The notes below the pieces were generated by a model that saw only the letters and a list, made by a program, of their open reading frames with translations, made no database searches and was not told the origin of the DNA. A DNA stretch of 64,000 bases from Candidatus Methanomethylophilaceae archaeon (GTDB lineage Archaea; Thermoplasmatota; Thermoplasmata; Methanomassiliicoccales; Methanomethylophilaceae). How positions within the stretch are numbered: position 1 is the first letter of the stretch; each line of letters opens with the position of its first letter. Location: assembly GCA_944320495.1 (NCBI GenBank), contig CALUHR010000001.1:1-64000 (forward strand). Reading direction: 5' to 3'. This document shows, in pieces, positions 52,775 through 62,706 of this stretch. A program made the position numbers and the translations under genes.

Positions 52775-53614
52775 GTGGATCGCAGTTCCATCGATCGTTC
52801 GGATTCATCCGGTAGGAAGGAGCCGGATGAGGGCAGGAGTTTCGATGTCGATGCATATCTGGCTCGCATCGGGATGCCCCGTCCCTCCGAGCCGGATCTC
52901 GGATACGCCGACTCCCTGGTCCTCTCGCATCAGTGCTCGGTCCCATTCGAGAATCTGGACTGCTACGACCTTGGGAAGGTCCCGGACACATCGATGGGAG
53001 CCGTGTTCGCGAAGGTCGTCCGCGATCATCGCGGCGGGTACTGCTTCGAGATCAACAAGCTGTTCTCCCGTCTGCTCTCGGAATGCGGATACAGGGCGTG
53101 GCCGATATCCTGCAGCGTCCTTCACGGCAGCGACCATGCGGAGATGATGCTTCATCGCGCCACGCTGGTCGAGATCGACGGCTCTGTCTACTACTGCGAT
53201 GTCGGCATCGGAGGTCCGCAGCCTGCCGGGCTTGTCCCCCTGGACGGATCCAGGACCCTTCTAGGAGAGCACTATTCCGTCGAGAGGGACGATGGGCCCT
53301 GGTGCTATCTGGTCCGCCATCGCGACGACGGCACATGTGCCAGATTGGTCGCGTTCCTCGACTTCCCCGTGCCGGATGGGTTCTTCGTTCCATTCAACCA
53401 CTACTGCTCCACCAGCGCGGATTCCAAGTTCACCAGGAGGCGCATCGTCAACATGCGCACGCATCGCGGCAGCCTGTCCCTCGTGGGCGGGACACTGACC
53501 GAGCGTTGCGACGGGAGGACCACCGTGACGGAATACGATCGCTGCGAGGATCTGGCAATGATGCTCCGCGAGAAGTTCGGGATAGAGGTCCAGCCGTCCG
53601 ATCTGAGGGTGCGA
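52775..53614 (+). CDS. Arylamine N-acetyltransferase; ends at CGA
   Basis: DAYLARIG, VPFENLD, RGGYCFEIN (catalytic Cys), LHRATLV (His) and YCDVGIG (Asp); ends EKFGIEVQPSDLRV then CGA. Confidence 0.9.
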
Positions 53615-53624
53615 TCCCCTTCGG

Positions 53625-54764
53625 TCATTCCTTCCCATTCCTCTTCCTCTCGAATCCTTCGCATATCATCCTGCGATCGGTGTTCTCGAAGTTGTTGGCG
53701 TAGAGGAATCCGTACATCACCGATGTGACCAGCAGCGGGATGAGGAACGAGAGGTAGTTGACGATGATGCGCTCCACATCGTTGCCCAGGTACACGGACA
53801 GCAGGAACATCATCATGAACGCACCCAGCGTGGCGAAGGTGGTGAAGAGCCTGTGCTTGGCACCCTCCCACAGGTAGTAGTCCCTCGGGGCGTCGGAGGT
53901 CACCCTGGCGCCGACGCAGCGGACGATCTGCCACGGGAGTATGAGGGCCGGTGTGAACATGGACAGCATGAGGGTGATGGAGAGCATCGTCTTCCAGTCC
54001 ATGACCTCCAGGAAGTACGGGTTGACGAAGAGATAGGACGAGACCAGGAGCCCGAGCATGAACAGATAGGTGGAGATGCTCACCGCCCTGCCGAGGTCGA
54101 ATGCATGCTCCCCCCTCGGATCCAGTTCGATGCTTCTGATATCGATGATGTCCGGGACCATGAAGAAGCGCTCGGCCTTCCCGCGTTTCCCTTCCTTGGC
54201 ATGGGATGCCATGGACGAGAAGACGTTCGGCATGTAGATGCGCAGGTAGGACGAGATCACGCTGGTCACTCCGATGGAGGTGAAGAGCACGACCGCGTAG
54301 GTGGCCAGGAAGCAAACAATCTCCCTGGTGAGCCCGTGGAGCTCTATCCCGATTGCCCCGAGCATGTCCGACACGGCGACCAGGAACGAGAAGTCCCCGA
54401 ATATCGCGCCGCACACCCACAGAAGCAGAGAGAGAGCGGCGGCGAACAGGATGATCACCCAGCCGGGGAAGACGCCCTTGGACATCATCAGGCTGCAGGG
54501 GACGCCCAGTATCGCGAAGCAGAACACGAACGACAGGCACAGGAGCTCTATGAGTCCCGGGATGGTGAACTCGCCGAGATAGATCGCGGCCGCCAGCCAT
54601 ATGAGCAGGGCGACCACGACGAAGTACGGGAATCCGCGGGCGATCTTCGTCTCGCCGCTGGCTATGCGGGGCTCGCCGTCCCCGTCGCGCCCCATGCCCT
54701 CGGCCGCGGCGTCGAGCCTGTCGGCGAATCCGTCGACCGCGCTGTCGATCCTGTCCCTCTTCAC
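53625..54764 (-). CDS. Multi-pass membrane protein of unknown function
   Basis: About eight hydrophobic helices; codon usage matches the rest of the window. Confidence 0.75.
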   Translation of the reverse strand: MKRDRIDSAVDGFADRLDAAAEGMGRDGDGEPRIASGETKIARGFPYFVVVALLIWLAAAIYLGEFTIPGLIELLCLSFVFCFAILGVPCSLMMSKGVFPGWVIILFAAALSLLLWVCGAIFGDFSFLVAVSDMLGAIGIELHGLTREIVCFLATYAVVLFTSIGVTSVISSYLRIYMPNVFSSMASHAKEGKRGKAERFFMVPDIIDIRSIELDPRGEHAFDLGRAVSISTYLFMLGLLVSSYLFVNPYFLEVMDWKTMLSITLMLSMFTPALILPWQIVRCVGARVTSDAPRDYYLWEGAKHRLFTTFATLGAFMMMFLLSVYLGNDVERIIVNYLSFLIPLLVTSVMYGFLYANNFENTDRRMICEGFERKRNGKE

Positions 54765-54838
54765 GGCGAGAAGATTGCTGTCTCATTTAAAAAGGGTCTG
54801 ATACCTTTTTATCAGATGTCACTGCGATGCGGGTACTC

Positions 54839-55993
54839 ATGGCCGAGCAGAGCGGACTGAAGAATCGCGGACACACAGTCGCAGACATGGAGGAGAGGCG
54901 CGCGGCCGCCGAGGCCTTCACCGGAGCGACACTCGAGGAGATAGCCAGAGGGGGCATGGACCCCGAGACGGCGTCCAAGAACATCGAGAACATGATCGGG
55001 ACGACCCAGATTCCGCTCGGCTATGCCGGACCGGTCGACATCCACGGAGGGTACGCCCAGGGCAGGTTCCTCATCCCGCTCGCGACCACCGAGGGCGCGC
55101 TCATCGCATCGATCTCCCGCGGCATGTCGGTCATCAACGACGGCGGAGGGGTGAGCGTCGCCGTCTTCCAGGATGCCATGACGAGGGCGCCCGTGTTCCG
55201 CGTCGAGGGCGTCGAGCATGCTACCAGGGTCATGCAGTGGGTCGACACCCACCACGAGGAGATCGATTACGCCGTGTCCACCACGACCTCTCATGGGAAG
55301 CTCGTGAGGATCGAGATGTTCCCGTCCGGCAGGAGCCTGTACATGCGCCTGTCCTTCCAGACCGGGGACGCCATGGGGATGAACATGGCCACCATAGCCA
55401 GCGAGGCCGTCTGCAGGCTGGTCGAGACAGAGACCGGGGCCACGCTCGTCTCGGTCTCCGGGAACATGTGCTCGGACAAGAAGCCCGCCGCCATCAACAT
55501 GATCGAGGGTCGCGGGAAGACCGTGGTCGCAGAGGCCCGCATACCCAGGGAGGTCGTCGAAGGGCGCCTCCACGCCACGTCCGAGGCGATCGTCGAGACC
55601 AACTACCGCAAGAACCTGGTCGGCAGCAGCATGGCCGGCACGATGGGCGCCAACGCCCATGCGGCCAACATGGTCGCCGCGCTGTACATAGCGACCGGTC
55701 AGGACCCGGCGCAGGTCGTGGGCGGGAGCATGGCCATCACCACCTGCGAGGACATCGACGGCGACCTCTACATCGCCGTGCGCATGCCCGCGGTCGAGGT
55801 CGGCACCGTCGGCGGCGGGACCAGGCTCCCCTGCCAGAGGGAGGCCCTCTCCATGATCGGGTGCGTCGGCGAGGGCAAGGCGAGGAAGCTGGCCGAGATC
55901 GTGGCCACCACCGTCCTCGCGGGCGAGCTCTCGACGCTCGCGGCGCAGGCCGCGGGTCAGCTCGGCGCCGCACATGCCCGTCTGGGCCGCTGA
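54839..55993 (+). CDS. hmgA: HMG-CoA reductase (class I, NADPH)
   Basis: NIENMIG, PLATTEGAL, TGDAMGMNM, SGNMCSDKKP and GQDPAQVV motifs. Confidence 0.96.
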   Translation: MAEQSGLKNRGHTVADMEERRAAAEAFTGATLEEIARGGMDPETASKNIENMIGTTQIPLGYAGPVDIHGGYAQGRFLIPLATTEGALIASISRGMSVINDGGGVSVAVFQDAMTRAPVFRVEGVEHATRVMQWVDTHHEEIDYAVSTTTSHGKLVRIEMFPSGRSLYMRLSFQTGDAMGMNMATIASEAVCRLVETETGATLVSVSGNMCSDKKPAAINMIEGRGKTVVAEARIPREVVEGRLHATSEAIVETNYRKNLVGSSMAGTMGANAHAANMVAALYIATGQDPAQVVGGSMAITTCEDIDGDLYIAVRMPAVEVGTVGGGTRLPCQREALSMIGCVGEGKARKLAEIVATTVLAGELSTLAAQAAGQLGAAHARLGR

Positions 55994-56044
55994 GGCTCGC
56001 GCGCGTGCGCGTCCATTTATAGGGCATCCCCGTTCCGCGTAAGC

Positions 56045-57703
56045 ATGCCAGTCATAAACTTCAGGTACAGCGACCTGTGCTCGATGCTCGGGGAGGAGGT
56101 ACCGGAGCAGACGCTCGTAGACAGGATCCCGATGATCGGGGCCGACATGGGGGACACCGAGGGCGGTTCCGACGAGATGTCTGTGGAGTTCTTCCCGGAC
56201 CGTCCCGACATGTACAGCGTCGAGGGTGTAGCCAGGGCCATGAGGGCCTTCCTCGACATCGAGCCCGGGATGAAGACCTACCCCGTGGGGGAATCGGACA
56301 TCGAGGTCACCATCGACCGGAGCGTCAAGGAGGTCCGTCCGTACTTCCTCTGCGGGATCGTACGCGGCGTCGACGTCACCGACGAGCTCCTGAAGTCCAT
56401 GATGGAGACGCAGGAGAAGCTCCACATCACCATCGGCAGGAAGAGGAGCAAGCTGGCAATCGGCATCCACGACCTCTCCAAGGTCAAACCACCGTTCATC
56501 TACAGGCTCGCCGAGCCCCACTCCATCCGCTTCGTCCCCCTCGCCATGGACGAGGAGATGGACATGGCCGAGATCCTCGAGAGGAATGAGAAGGGCAGGG
56601 AGTACAACAAGCTCCTGGAGGGGATGTCCGAGTACCCCGTCATCCTCGATTCCGAGGGGCAGGTCCTTTCGTTCCCGCCCATCATCAACGGCCGTCTCAC
56701 CACCGTGACGGTCGGCAGGCACGACCTCTTCATCGATGTCACCGGAAACGACGCAAAGGCCGTCAAGGGCGCCCTGGACATCGTCGCTTGCGCTCTCGCC
56801 GAGCGTGGCGGGAAGATCGAGTCCGTGATCATGCACGAAGGGGACGCCACGTTCAGGTCCCCAGACCTCACCCCCACCGTCAGGAGGATCTCCGCATCCG
56901 CCTGCGACAGGTTCCTGGGCAAGGACATCGGCCCGGAGGGCACCGTCGAATGCCTCCGCAGGATGGGCATGGACGCCGTCGCCGAGGGAGACGAGGTCAC
57001 CGTGACCATCCCGCCAGTCAGACTGGACATCATGCACGACGTGGACATCTACGAGGATGTCGCCACCGGATACGGCTTCGAGAGGTTCGGGGGATCGTAC
57101 ACTGTCACCCAGACCCCTGGTGCCCTGCTTCCGGAGACCGCGTTCTCCGAGTCGCTGAGGGACATCCTCGTCGGTCTCGGGTTCACCGAGGTCAACACCC
57201 TCACCCTGAGCAACCAGAGGGAGGAGTTCGAAATCCCCGGATTCCCGGAGGTCGATGTCGTGCGCGTCCTCAACCCGATCACCGAGGACCACACATGCCT
57301 CAGGGCGTACCTCGCCCCCAGCCTCGTCAGGATCCTCAGGCACAACAAGCACCGCGACCTGCCCCAGAGGATCTTCGAGGTCGGATACGTAGTCAGGGAC
57401 CAGCTCACCCAGCTCCGCCTCTGCGCCATGGCCACAGCGTCCAAGGTCCCCTTCACCGAGGTCAAGTCCTGGACCGAGTCCATCCTCCGCGAGGCCGGCG
57501 TCGAATACACGCTCGAACCCTGCGAGTACCCCACATTCGTCCGCGGGAGGGGCGCCCAGGTGATCTCAGGAGGGAAGGTCATCGGCATGTTCGGCGAGAT
57601 GTCCCCGAAGGTCGTCGTCGACTACGGCATAACCCATCCCATCGGATTCTGCGAGCTGGATCTGGAGCCCATCATCGCCGGGAAGAGCGACACCCTGTTC
57701 TGA
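56045..57703 (+). CDS. pheT: Phenylalanyl-tRNA synthetase beta subunit (archaeal type)
   Basis: FPDRPDMYSVEG, QEKLH, FPPIING, RLDIMHDVDIYED and NPITEDHTCLR motifs. Confidence 0.96.
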   Translation: MPVINFRYSDLCSMLGEEVPEQTLVDRIPMIGADMGDTEGGSDEMSVEFFPDRPDMYSVEGVARAMRAFLDIEPGMKTYPVGESDIEVTIDRSVKEVRPYFLCGIVRGVDVTDELLKSMMETQEKLHITIGRKRSKLAIGIHDLSKVKPPFIYRLAEPHSIRFVPLAMDEEMDMAEILERNEKGREYNKLLEGMSEYPVILDSEGQVLSFPPIINGRLTTVTVGRHDLFIDVTGNDAKAVKGALDIVACALAERGGKIESVIMHEGDATFRSPDLTPTVRRISASACDRFLGKDIGPEGTVECLRRMGMDAVAEGDEVTVTIPPVRLDIMHDVDIYEDVATGYGFERFGGSYTVTQTPGALLPETAFSESLRDILVGLGFTEVNTLTLSNQREEFEIPGFPEVDVVRVLNPITEDHTCLRAYLAPSLVRILRHNKHRDLPQRIFEVGYVVRDQLTQLRLCAMATASKVPFTEVKSWTESILREAGVEYTLEPCEYPTFVRGRGAQVISGGKVIGMFGEMSPKVVVDYGITHPIGFCELDLEPIIAGKSDTLF

Positions 57704-57713
57704 GGCGCATCCC

Positions 57714-58187
57714 ATGGAAGTCGGCGACAGGTTCCCGGAGTTCAGGCTCAGGGACGAGAACGGCGAGGAGCTGGACAGCTCGTCGCTGGAGGGCATAAGG
57801 TACGTGATCTACTTCTATCCGAAGGACAACACGCCCGGATGCACCAAGGAGGCCGAGGAGTTCAGCGCCAGCATCGGGCAGTTCCTGATGCGCAACATCC
57901 CTGTGATAGGTGTGAGCAAGGACTCCGTCGAATCCCATCGGAAGTTCATCGACAAGCACCAGCTCAGGGTGAAGCTCCTCAGCGATCCCGACCACGAGCT
58001 GATGGAGAAGGTCGGCGCCTGGGGCACCAAGGTCTCCTACGGCAAGGAGACCGTCGGCACCATCAGGTCGACCTTCCTGGTCGGCAGGGACGGGACCGTC
58101 GAGGCCGTCTGGCGCAACGTCAAGGTCAACGGGCATGTGGACAAGGTCCTCGCATGCGCCGTGTCCTGTTCGAAATCGAAGAGCTGA
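57714..58187 (+). CDS. bcp: Peroxiredoxin, BCP subfamily
   Basis: YFYPKDNTPGCTKEA motif. Confidence 0.95.
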   Translation: MEVGDRFPEFRLRDENGEELDSSSLEGIRYVIYFYPKDNTPGCTKEAEEFSASIGQFLMRNIPVIGVSKDSVESHRKFIDKHQLRVKLLSDPDHELMEKVGAWGTKVSYGKETVGTIRSTFLVGRDGTVEAVWRNVKVNGHVDKVLACAVSCSKSKS

Positions 58188-59237
58188 ATCCAGGCTCCTC
58201 AGGACCTCTCCGGCATCCGCCAGGAGGCTGAGGTCCGCGAAACCGTGTATGGGGGCGTCGGGATCGCTGTTGACGGCGATGATCCTGCGCGCCCCCGTCA
58301 TGCCAACCCTGTGCTGTACGGCGCCGGATATCCCGAACGCGATGTAGAGGTCGGGGGACACGATCCTCCCGGACATGCCGACCTGACGGGAGCGGGGCAT
58401 CCATCCCCTCTCGACCAGGGCGCGGGAGCAGCACACGGCCCCTCCCATCTTCTTCGCCACGGATTCCGCCACATCGATCAGGCCCCTGTCGCGTATGCCG
58501 TCGCCGAGCGCGATGAGCACACGGGCGTCCTCGATCCCGTGATCGGCATCGATCCGCTCGTCCGATACGATGTCCTTCACGGAATCGCCCGGGTACTGCC
58601 AGTAGATCGCCGTGCCCTTCCTGTCCTCCCTCTCCGGCATCCCGAAGGCGCCCGGACGGACCGTGGCGACCTGCGGATACCCCACATACCTGATGTCGGC
58701 CATCAGGGAGCCTCCGAAGGCGGGTCTCGTCGCGACAAGGTCGCGTCCGTCGGCACCGAGGCCGGTGCAGTCCGCGGTGATCCCCGAGCCGATGGATGCG
58801 GCCACACGAGGCGCCAGCTCCCTTCCGAAGGGGGTGGCCGAGAACAGGACGATCGCAGGTTCGATCCTCGCGATGACGGCGGAGATGCATTCCGCATACG
58901 CCTCGGGCATGTAGGTCTCGAGTCTGGCGTCCCTGACGTGGTAGATCGTGTCCACGCCGTATCCGAACGCATCGGGATACATTCCCTTGACCTCCGGTCC
59001 GCCGAACACCACTCCGAAGACGCGGCCGACACCGAGCGAGCGGGCCGCGCCGATGAGCTCCGCGGAGTGGTCCGCGAGCCTGACGCCCTCCCCGGAGCCC
59101 GTAGTCTCCAGATGGACCAGGATGCCGTCAGCCACGGACTGGTTGATGTCGTAGCGCTTGAGCATGCCGGGCGGGAGCCTGTCGGGGTCGTCCCCTCCGC
59201 CGCACGTGGAGCATGAGCCCCCTTCGCATCCGCTCAT
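58176..59237 (-). CDS. etfA: Electron transfer flavoprotein alpha subunit; ends at CGA
   Basis: GITADCT, RPAFGG, CSRALVERGW, RQVGMSG and GISGAVQH motifs; ends ADAGEVLRSLDSAL then CGA at 58178-58176. Confidence 0.9.
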
Positions 59238-60007
59238 CTGGATCCAGCCTCCCTGATGATTATGTCGGCGGCCTTGGACGGATCGGTGATCTCGACCATC
59301 ATGTTCCTCCTGGCGGACTGCACGGTCCTGGTGGATGCTATCCTGGTGAGCGATCCCTTCAGTCCGACCGAGTACAGGCCGAGGCCGACGTCTATGCGAT
59401 TGAGTATGTGCGGCTCGTGCCCCCTCGCCCTCAGGTACCCATCGGCGTTGGGGATGGAACCGTTGGGGTCCACGTTGCCGAACGCAACCACGGACCCCTT
59501 CGGGACCCTGGCGGTCCTCGTGAAGGTGCCGTAGTCCTGAACCGCGACGAAGCCATCGCCTTCCCTTGACAGCTCGGTCACGTATGCGAACTGCTGAACG
59601 TCCATGAGCGCTGCGAACTCGAAGGGCACCTGGCCCGTCTCGCCGTCGATGGCGCGCCCTCCGAAGACGTAGAGGCAGGCGTCGCAGGCGTATCTGCCGG
59701 CGTATGCGGCGAGCGTCCTGGAAGTTGCCCACGTGTCGGCACCGGCGAAGTCCCTGTCCGATATGAGGAAGGAGTCGTCCGCTCCGAGTTCGATGCAGCG
59801 TCTGAGCGCATCTGCGGCCTGCATGGGCCCCATCGTGACCGCGACGACCTCGTCGTCATCACCCCTGATGCGGAGGGTCCTGAGGAGCGCAAGCTCGGAA
59901 TAGGGGTCTAGTATGCTCGGGACGCCCGCTCTGACGAGCGAGCCGTCTTCGTCCACGGTGACGGACATCGTGTCGGGGACCTGCTTCACGAAGACGACGA
60001 ACCTCAT
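59234..60007 (-). CDS. etfB: Electron transfer flavoprotein beta subunit
   Basis: VKQVPDT, TMGP, SDRDFAGADTWATS and GGRAIDGETGQV motifs. Confidence 0.92.
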   Translation of the reverse strand: MRFVVFVKQVPDTMSVTVDEDGSLVRAGVPSILDPYSELALLRTLRIRGDDDEVVAVTMGPMQAADALRRCIELGADDSFLISDRDFAGADTWATSRTLAAYAGRYACDACLYVFGGRAIDGETGQVPFEFAALMDVQQFAYVTELSREGDGFVAVQDYGTFTRTARVPKGSVVAFGNVDPNGSIPNADGYLRARGHEPHILNRIDVGLGLYSVGLKGSLTRIASTRTVQSARRNMMVEITDPSKAADIIIREAGSR

Positions 60008-61557
60008 CTCCTCTCCTCCAGGATGTTACCGGGGCACAGGATGCCCTTGGGATCGATCACGCTCTTGACGCATCTTAGCTCCTCGATCCCCTCGTCGCCG
60101 TACATCATGCGCATGTACTCGCGCTTGATCTTGCCTATCCCATGCTCCGCGCTGGGGGACCCGCCGAGCTCGACCGCCTTCCTCGCGAACTCCGCGTAAA
60201 CGGCCTTGGCCTTCTCGAAGTCGTCCATCGACTTCAGTATGATCTCCACGTGCGGGTGGTTGTTCCCCAGGTGTCCGAATACGACGTATTCGAGGCCGGC
60301 CTCCTCGAGTTTCTTCCTGTAGAACGACATCATCTCGTCGGCGCGGTCGTCGGGCACCGCCATGTCCGTCCCCATCTTGTGGATGCCCGGCATGGTCCCT
60401 TTAAGCGAGGCGACGTACTCGAAGATGGACCTCGGTATGGCATGGCGCATGTCCCTCATGCGCCCCTGGTCCTCGCGACCCCTGCCGCACCAGATCATGG
60501 ATGCGTCGCCACCGTGTGCCTCCGCCATGCGGCAGACGGCCTCGATGCGGGAGTCCTCAGTACCGTCGGCGGCCACGTCGAGGAAGACGGCCGCCCCGGC
60601 ACAATCGGGCAGGTCCGGGATCCTTATCGCCGCCGGGTCGTCGGTCCTCACGCGGCGGATCAGGTCGAGTGACCCGCCGTCCATGTACTCCAGGAACTCG
60701 GGACCGATCCCATCATCGGCGCGGATGTCGCGTATCATGCCGAGAGCATCCGCATCAGAAGGCAGGAACGCTATGAGCGAAACTGTCGGGTGCCACGGCG
60801 CCAGATAGACATCGGCCTCTGCGATGATTCCGAAGATCCCCTCGGACCCCACGAACAGGTCCACGAGGTCCATGTCCTTTCCGAACCTCGGGCCCATCGC
60901 GCTCTTGACGTTGTCGTTGTAGGTGTATCTGGGCACATCGAAGGAGTAGAGCTCCCTGCCGGCGGGGAATGTCATGCGCCATCCGTCGGCGCATATGTCC
61001 CCGCGGGTGATGTCCAGCCCCTGTCCGTCCGGCAGGACCATGTAGAGCCTTCTCACCCAGTCCCTCGTGGGGCCGTACTTGAACGTCCTCGGTCCCGAGG
61101 AGTTGCAGGCTATGTTCCCTCCGATGGAGCCGTCCAGCTCCGTCGGGTCTATGGGATAGAGCCACGGGACCAGCTCCGATCTGAGCGATTCGATGGCCCC
61201 GGGCGTGATGTCCGCAAGGTCATCGAAGTCCCTGCGCTCCAGCAGGGAGTTCATCTCGCGGACGGTGGTGCATGGGAGCACCCTGACGAAGTACCCCCTC
61301 TCGTCCCTGCCGATGCCGATGACGCCGGTCATGCGCTCGAGCGAGAGCACGTAGCCGTCGGTGGGCACGCATCCTCCGCACACCCCTGTGCGCATGGCGC
61401 TGACGGTCATGCGGTTGCCCTTGGAGTGGTTGATCCTCATGGCCTCCCTGAGCTCGGCCTCGTCGTTCGGAAGGACGACGTAGTCGGCGCGGCCGGTCAT
61501 CTTCGATTCATCCGTGAGGTACTTGGACCCCTGGCGGATCTGCCTCCTGTCGAACAT
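60004..61557 (-). CDS. FAD-linked oxidoreductase (D-lactate dehydrogenase/GlcD family)
   Basis: PIDPTELDGSIGGNIACNSSG, GSEGIFGII, FGHLGNNHPH and SAEHGIGKIK motifs. Confidence 0.9.
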   Translation of the reverse strand: MFDRRQIRQGSKYLTDESKMTGRADYVVLPNDEAELREAMRINHSKGNRMTVSAMRTGVCGGCVPTDGYVLSLERMTGVIGIGRDERGYFVRVLPCTTVREMNSLLERRDFDDLADITPGAIESLRSELVPWLYPIDPTELDGSIGGNIACNSSGPRTFKYGPTRDWVRRLYMVLPDGQGLDITRGDICADGWRMTFPAGRELYSFDVPRYTYNDNVKSAMGPRFGKDMDLVDLFVGSEGIFGIIAEADVYLAPWHPTVSLIAFLPSDADALGMIRDIRADDGIGPEFLEYMDGGSLDLIRRVRTDDPAAIRIPDLPDCAGAAVFLDVAADGTEDSRIEAVCRMAEAHGGDASMIWCGRGREDQGRMRDMRHAIPRSIFEYVASLKGTMPGIHKMGTDMAVPDDRADEMMSFYRKKLEEAGLEYVVFGHLGNNHPHVEIILKSMDDFEKAKAVYAEFARKAVELGGSPSAEHGIGKIKREYMRMMYGDEGIEELRCVKSVIDPKGILCPGNILEERR

Positions 61558-61558
61558 C

Positions 61559-62506
61559 TCATCCCTCCCAGATGCGGGGTATCATCGCCGCGGTGATGGC
61601 CTGCTCCGTAAGCCCGAGACGGTCCAGAAGCCCGTGGCTGAGCATTCCGACCGCGCCCTGGCGCTTGCCTATCCCCTCGCCGCCGTAGAGCTCCCTGACG
61701 GCGTCGCCGACGGTCCTTCCGGATCTGACCAGGGACGCTATGTCGTCCGGGTAGCGGAACCCGGAACCCTGGCCGTAGGTTATCCTCCCGTCCGAGCTGA
61801 CGACGGCGCAGTGCTGAATGTCGTACAGGCCATCCGGGAACTCGAAGACGCCCGCCTCTATCCCGACGGCCATCCCGTGGTTGCCGAGGGCGTTCCTCGC
61901 ACGGTTCTCCGCCCCGAGGCGCGTCTCCCCCTCGAAGGGCTGCTGCGGCACGCCGCCCTGGACGTCAACAGCGGTGATCCGCACATCGCCGTATATGCGC
62001 TCCATGACGTTGCGGACGGCCTCCACCTTCACGGGGTTGAGAGACCCGACGGCGATGTCTGGGACATCCCTCCTGCCGGTGCGGCCGTATTCGCCGCGGA
62101 GGATGGCGGAAGCGCTGATCTTGGACCCGTCGTCGGCGTCCACAAGGGGGACAACGGACAGCTCCAGCGGACGCACCCCTCTGGAGGCGCGCTCCTCGTT
62201 GAGCATCCTGCCGTTCCCGAGGGTCTCATCGGAGACCACTAGGACGTCTGCGGAGTCCATAATCTCCCTCGGGCCGTACATGTCGTCGATGACGAACAGC
62301 TCGTATCCGCCCAGCTGGTCGAGGAACGCTTTTAGCTCGCGCTCACGGACCTCAAGCGGCACGTACACGGGCCTCCCTGATGCGGCCATGCGGTCCGACG
62401 TTATCCCCACGAGGACCCTGTCACCGACCTCGAAGGCCCTCCTCAGGAGGGCGGCGTGGCCGTCATGCAGGACGTCGAAGGTCCCTGCGACAGCGGAAGT
62501 CCTCAT
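61559..62506 (-). CDS. Fused phosphopantetheine adenylyltransferase (archaeal CoaD) and YjjX-type inosine/xanthosine triphosphatase
   Basis: AGTFDVLHDGH, KISASAI; then GSLNPVKVEAV, QPFEGET and GIEAG. Confidence 0.88.
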   Translation of the reverse strand: MRTSAVAGTFDVLHDGHAALLRRAFEVGDRVLVGITSDRMAASGRPVYVPLEVRERELKAFLDQLGGYELFVIDDMYGPREIMDSADVLVVSDETLGNGRMLNEERASRGVRPLELSVVPLVDADDGSKISASAILRGEYGRTGRRDVPDIAVGSLNPVKVEAVRNVMERIYGDVRITAVDVQGGVPQQPFEGETRLGAENRARNALGNHGMAVGIEAGVFEFPDGLYDIQHCAVVSSDGRITYGQGSGFRYPDDIASLVRSGRTVGDAVRELYGGEGIGKRQGAVGMLSHGLLDRLGLTEQAITAAMIPRIWEG

Positions 62507-62706
62507 ATCGTGATCACTACGCAGACAACGACGACGGCCACGAGCGCGACCCAGATCAGCATGAGCTTCCTGAGCTTCCCCTTGACCTCGCCCCTGGCCG
62601 TTTCCTCGCACTCGGGGGAGCAGAAGTTCCCCTTGCCGACGAACGCCTTCCCGCACTTCTCGCAGTGGCGGTGCTGCGGTATCCTCTCTACTGTTGGCTC
62701 TGTCAT
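62503..62706 (-). CDS. DUF2116-like zinc-ribbon membrane protein
   Basis: HRHCEKCG...FCSPEC plus a C-terminal TM helix. Confidence 0.8.
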   Translation of the reverse strand: MTEPTVERIPQHRHCEKCGKAFVGKGNFCSPECEETARGEVKGKLRKLMLIWVALVAVVVVCVVITI

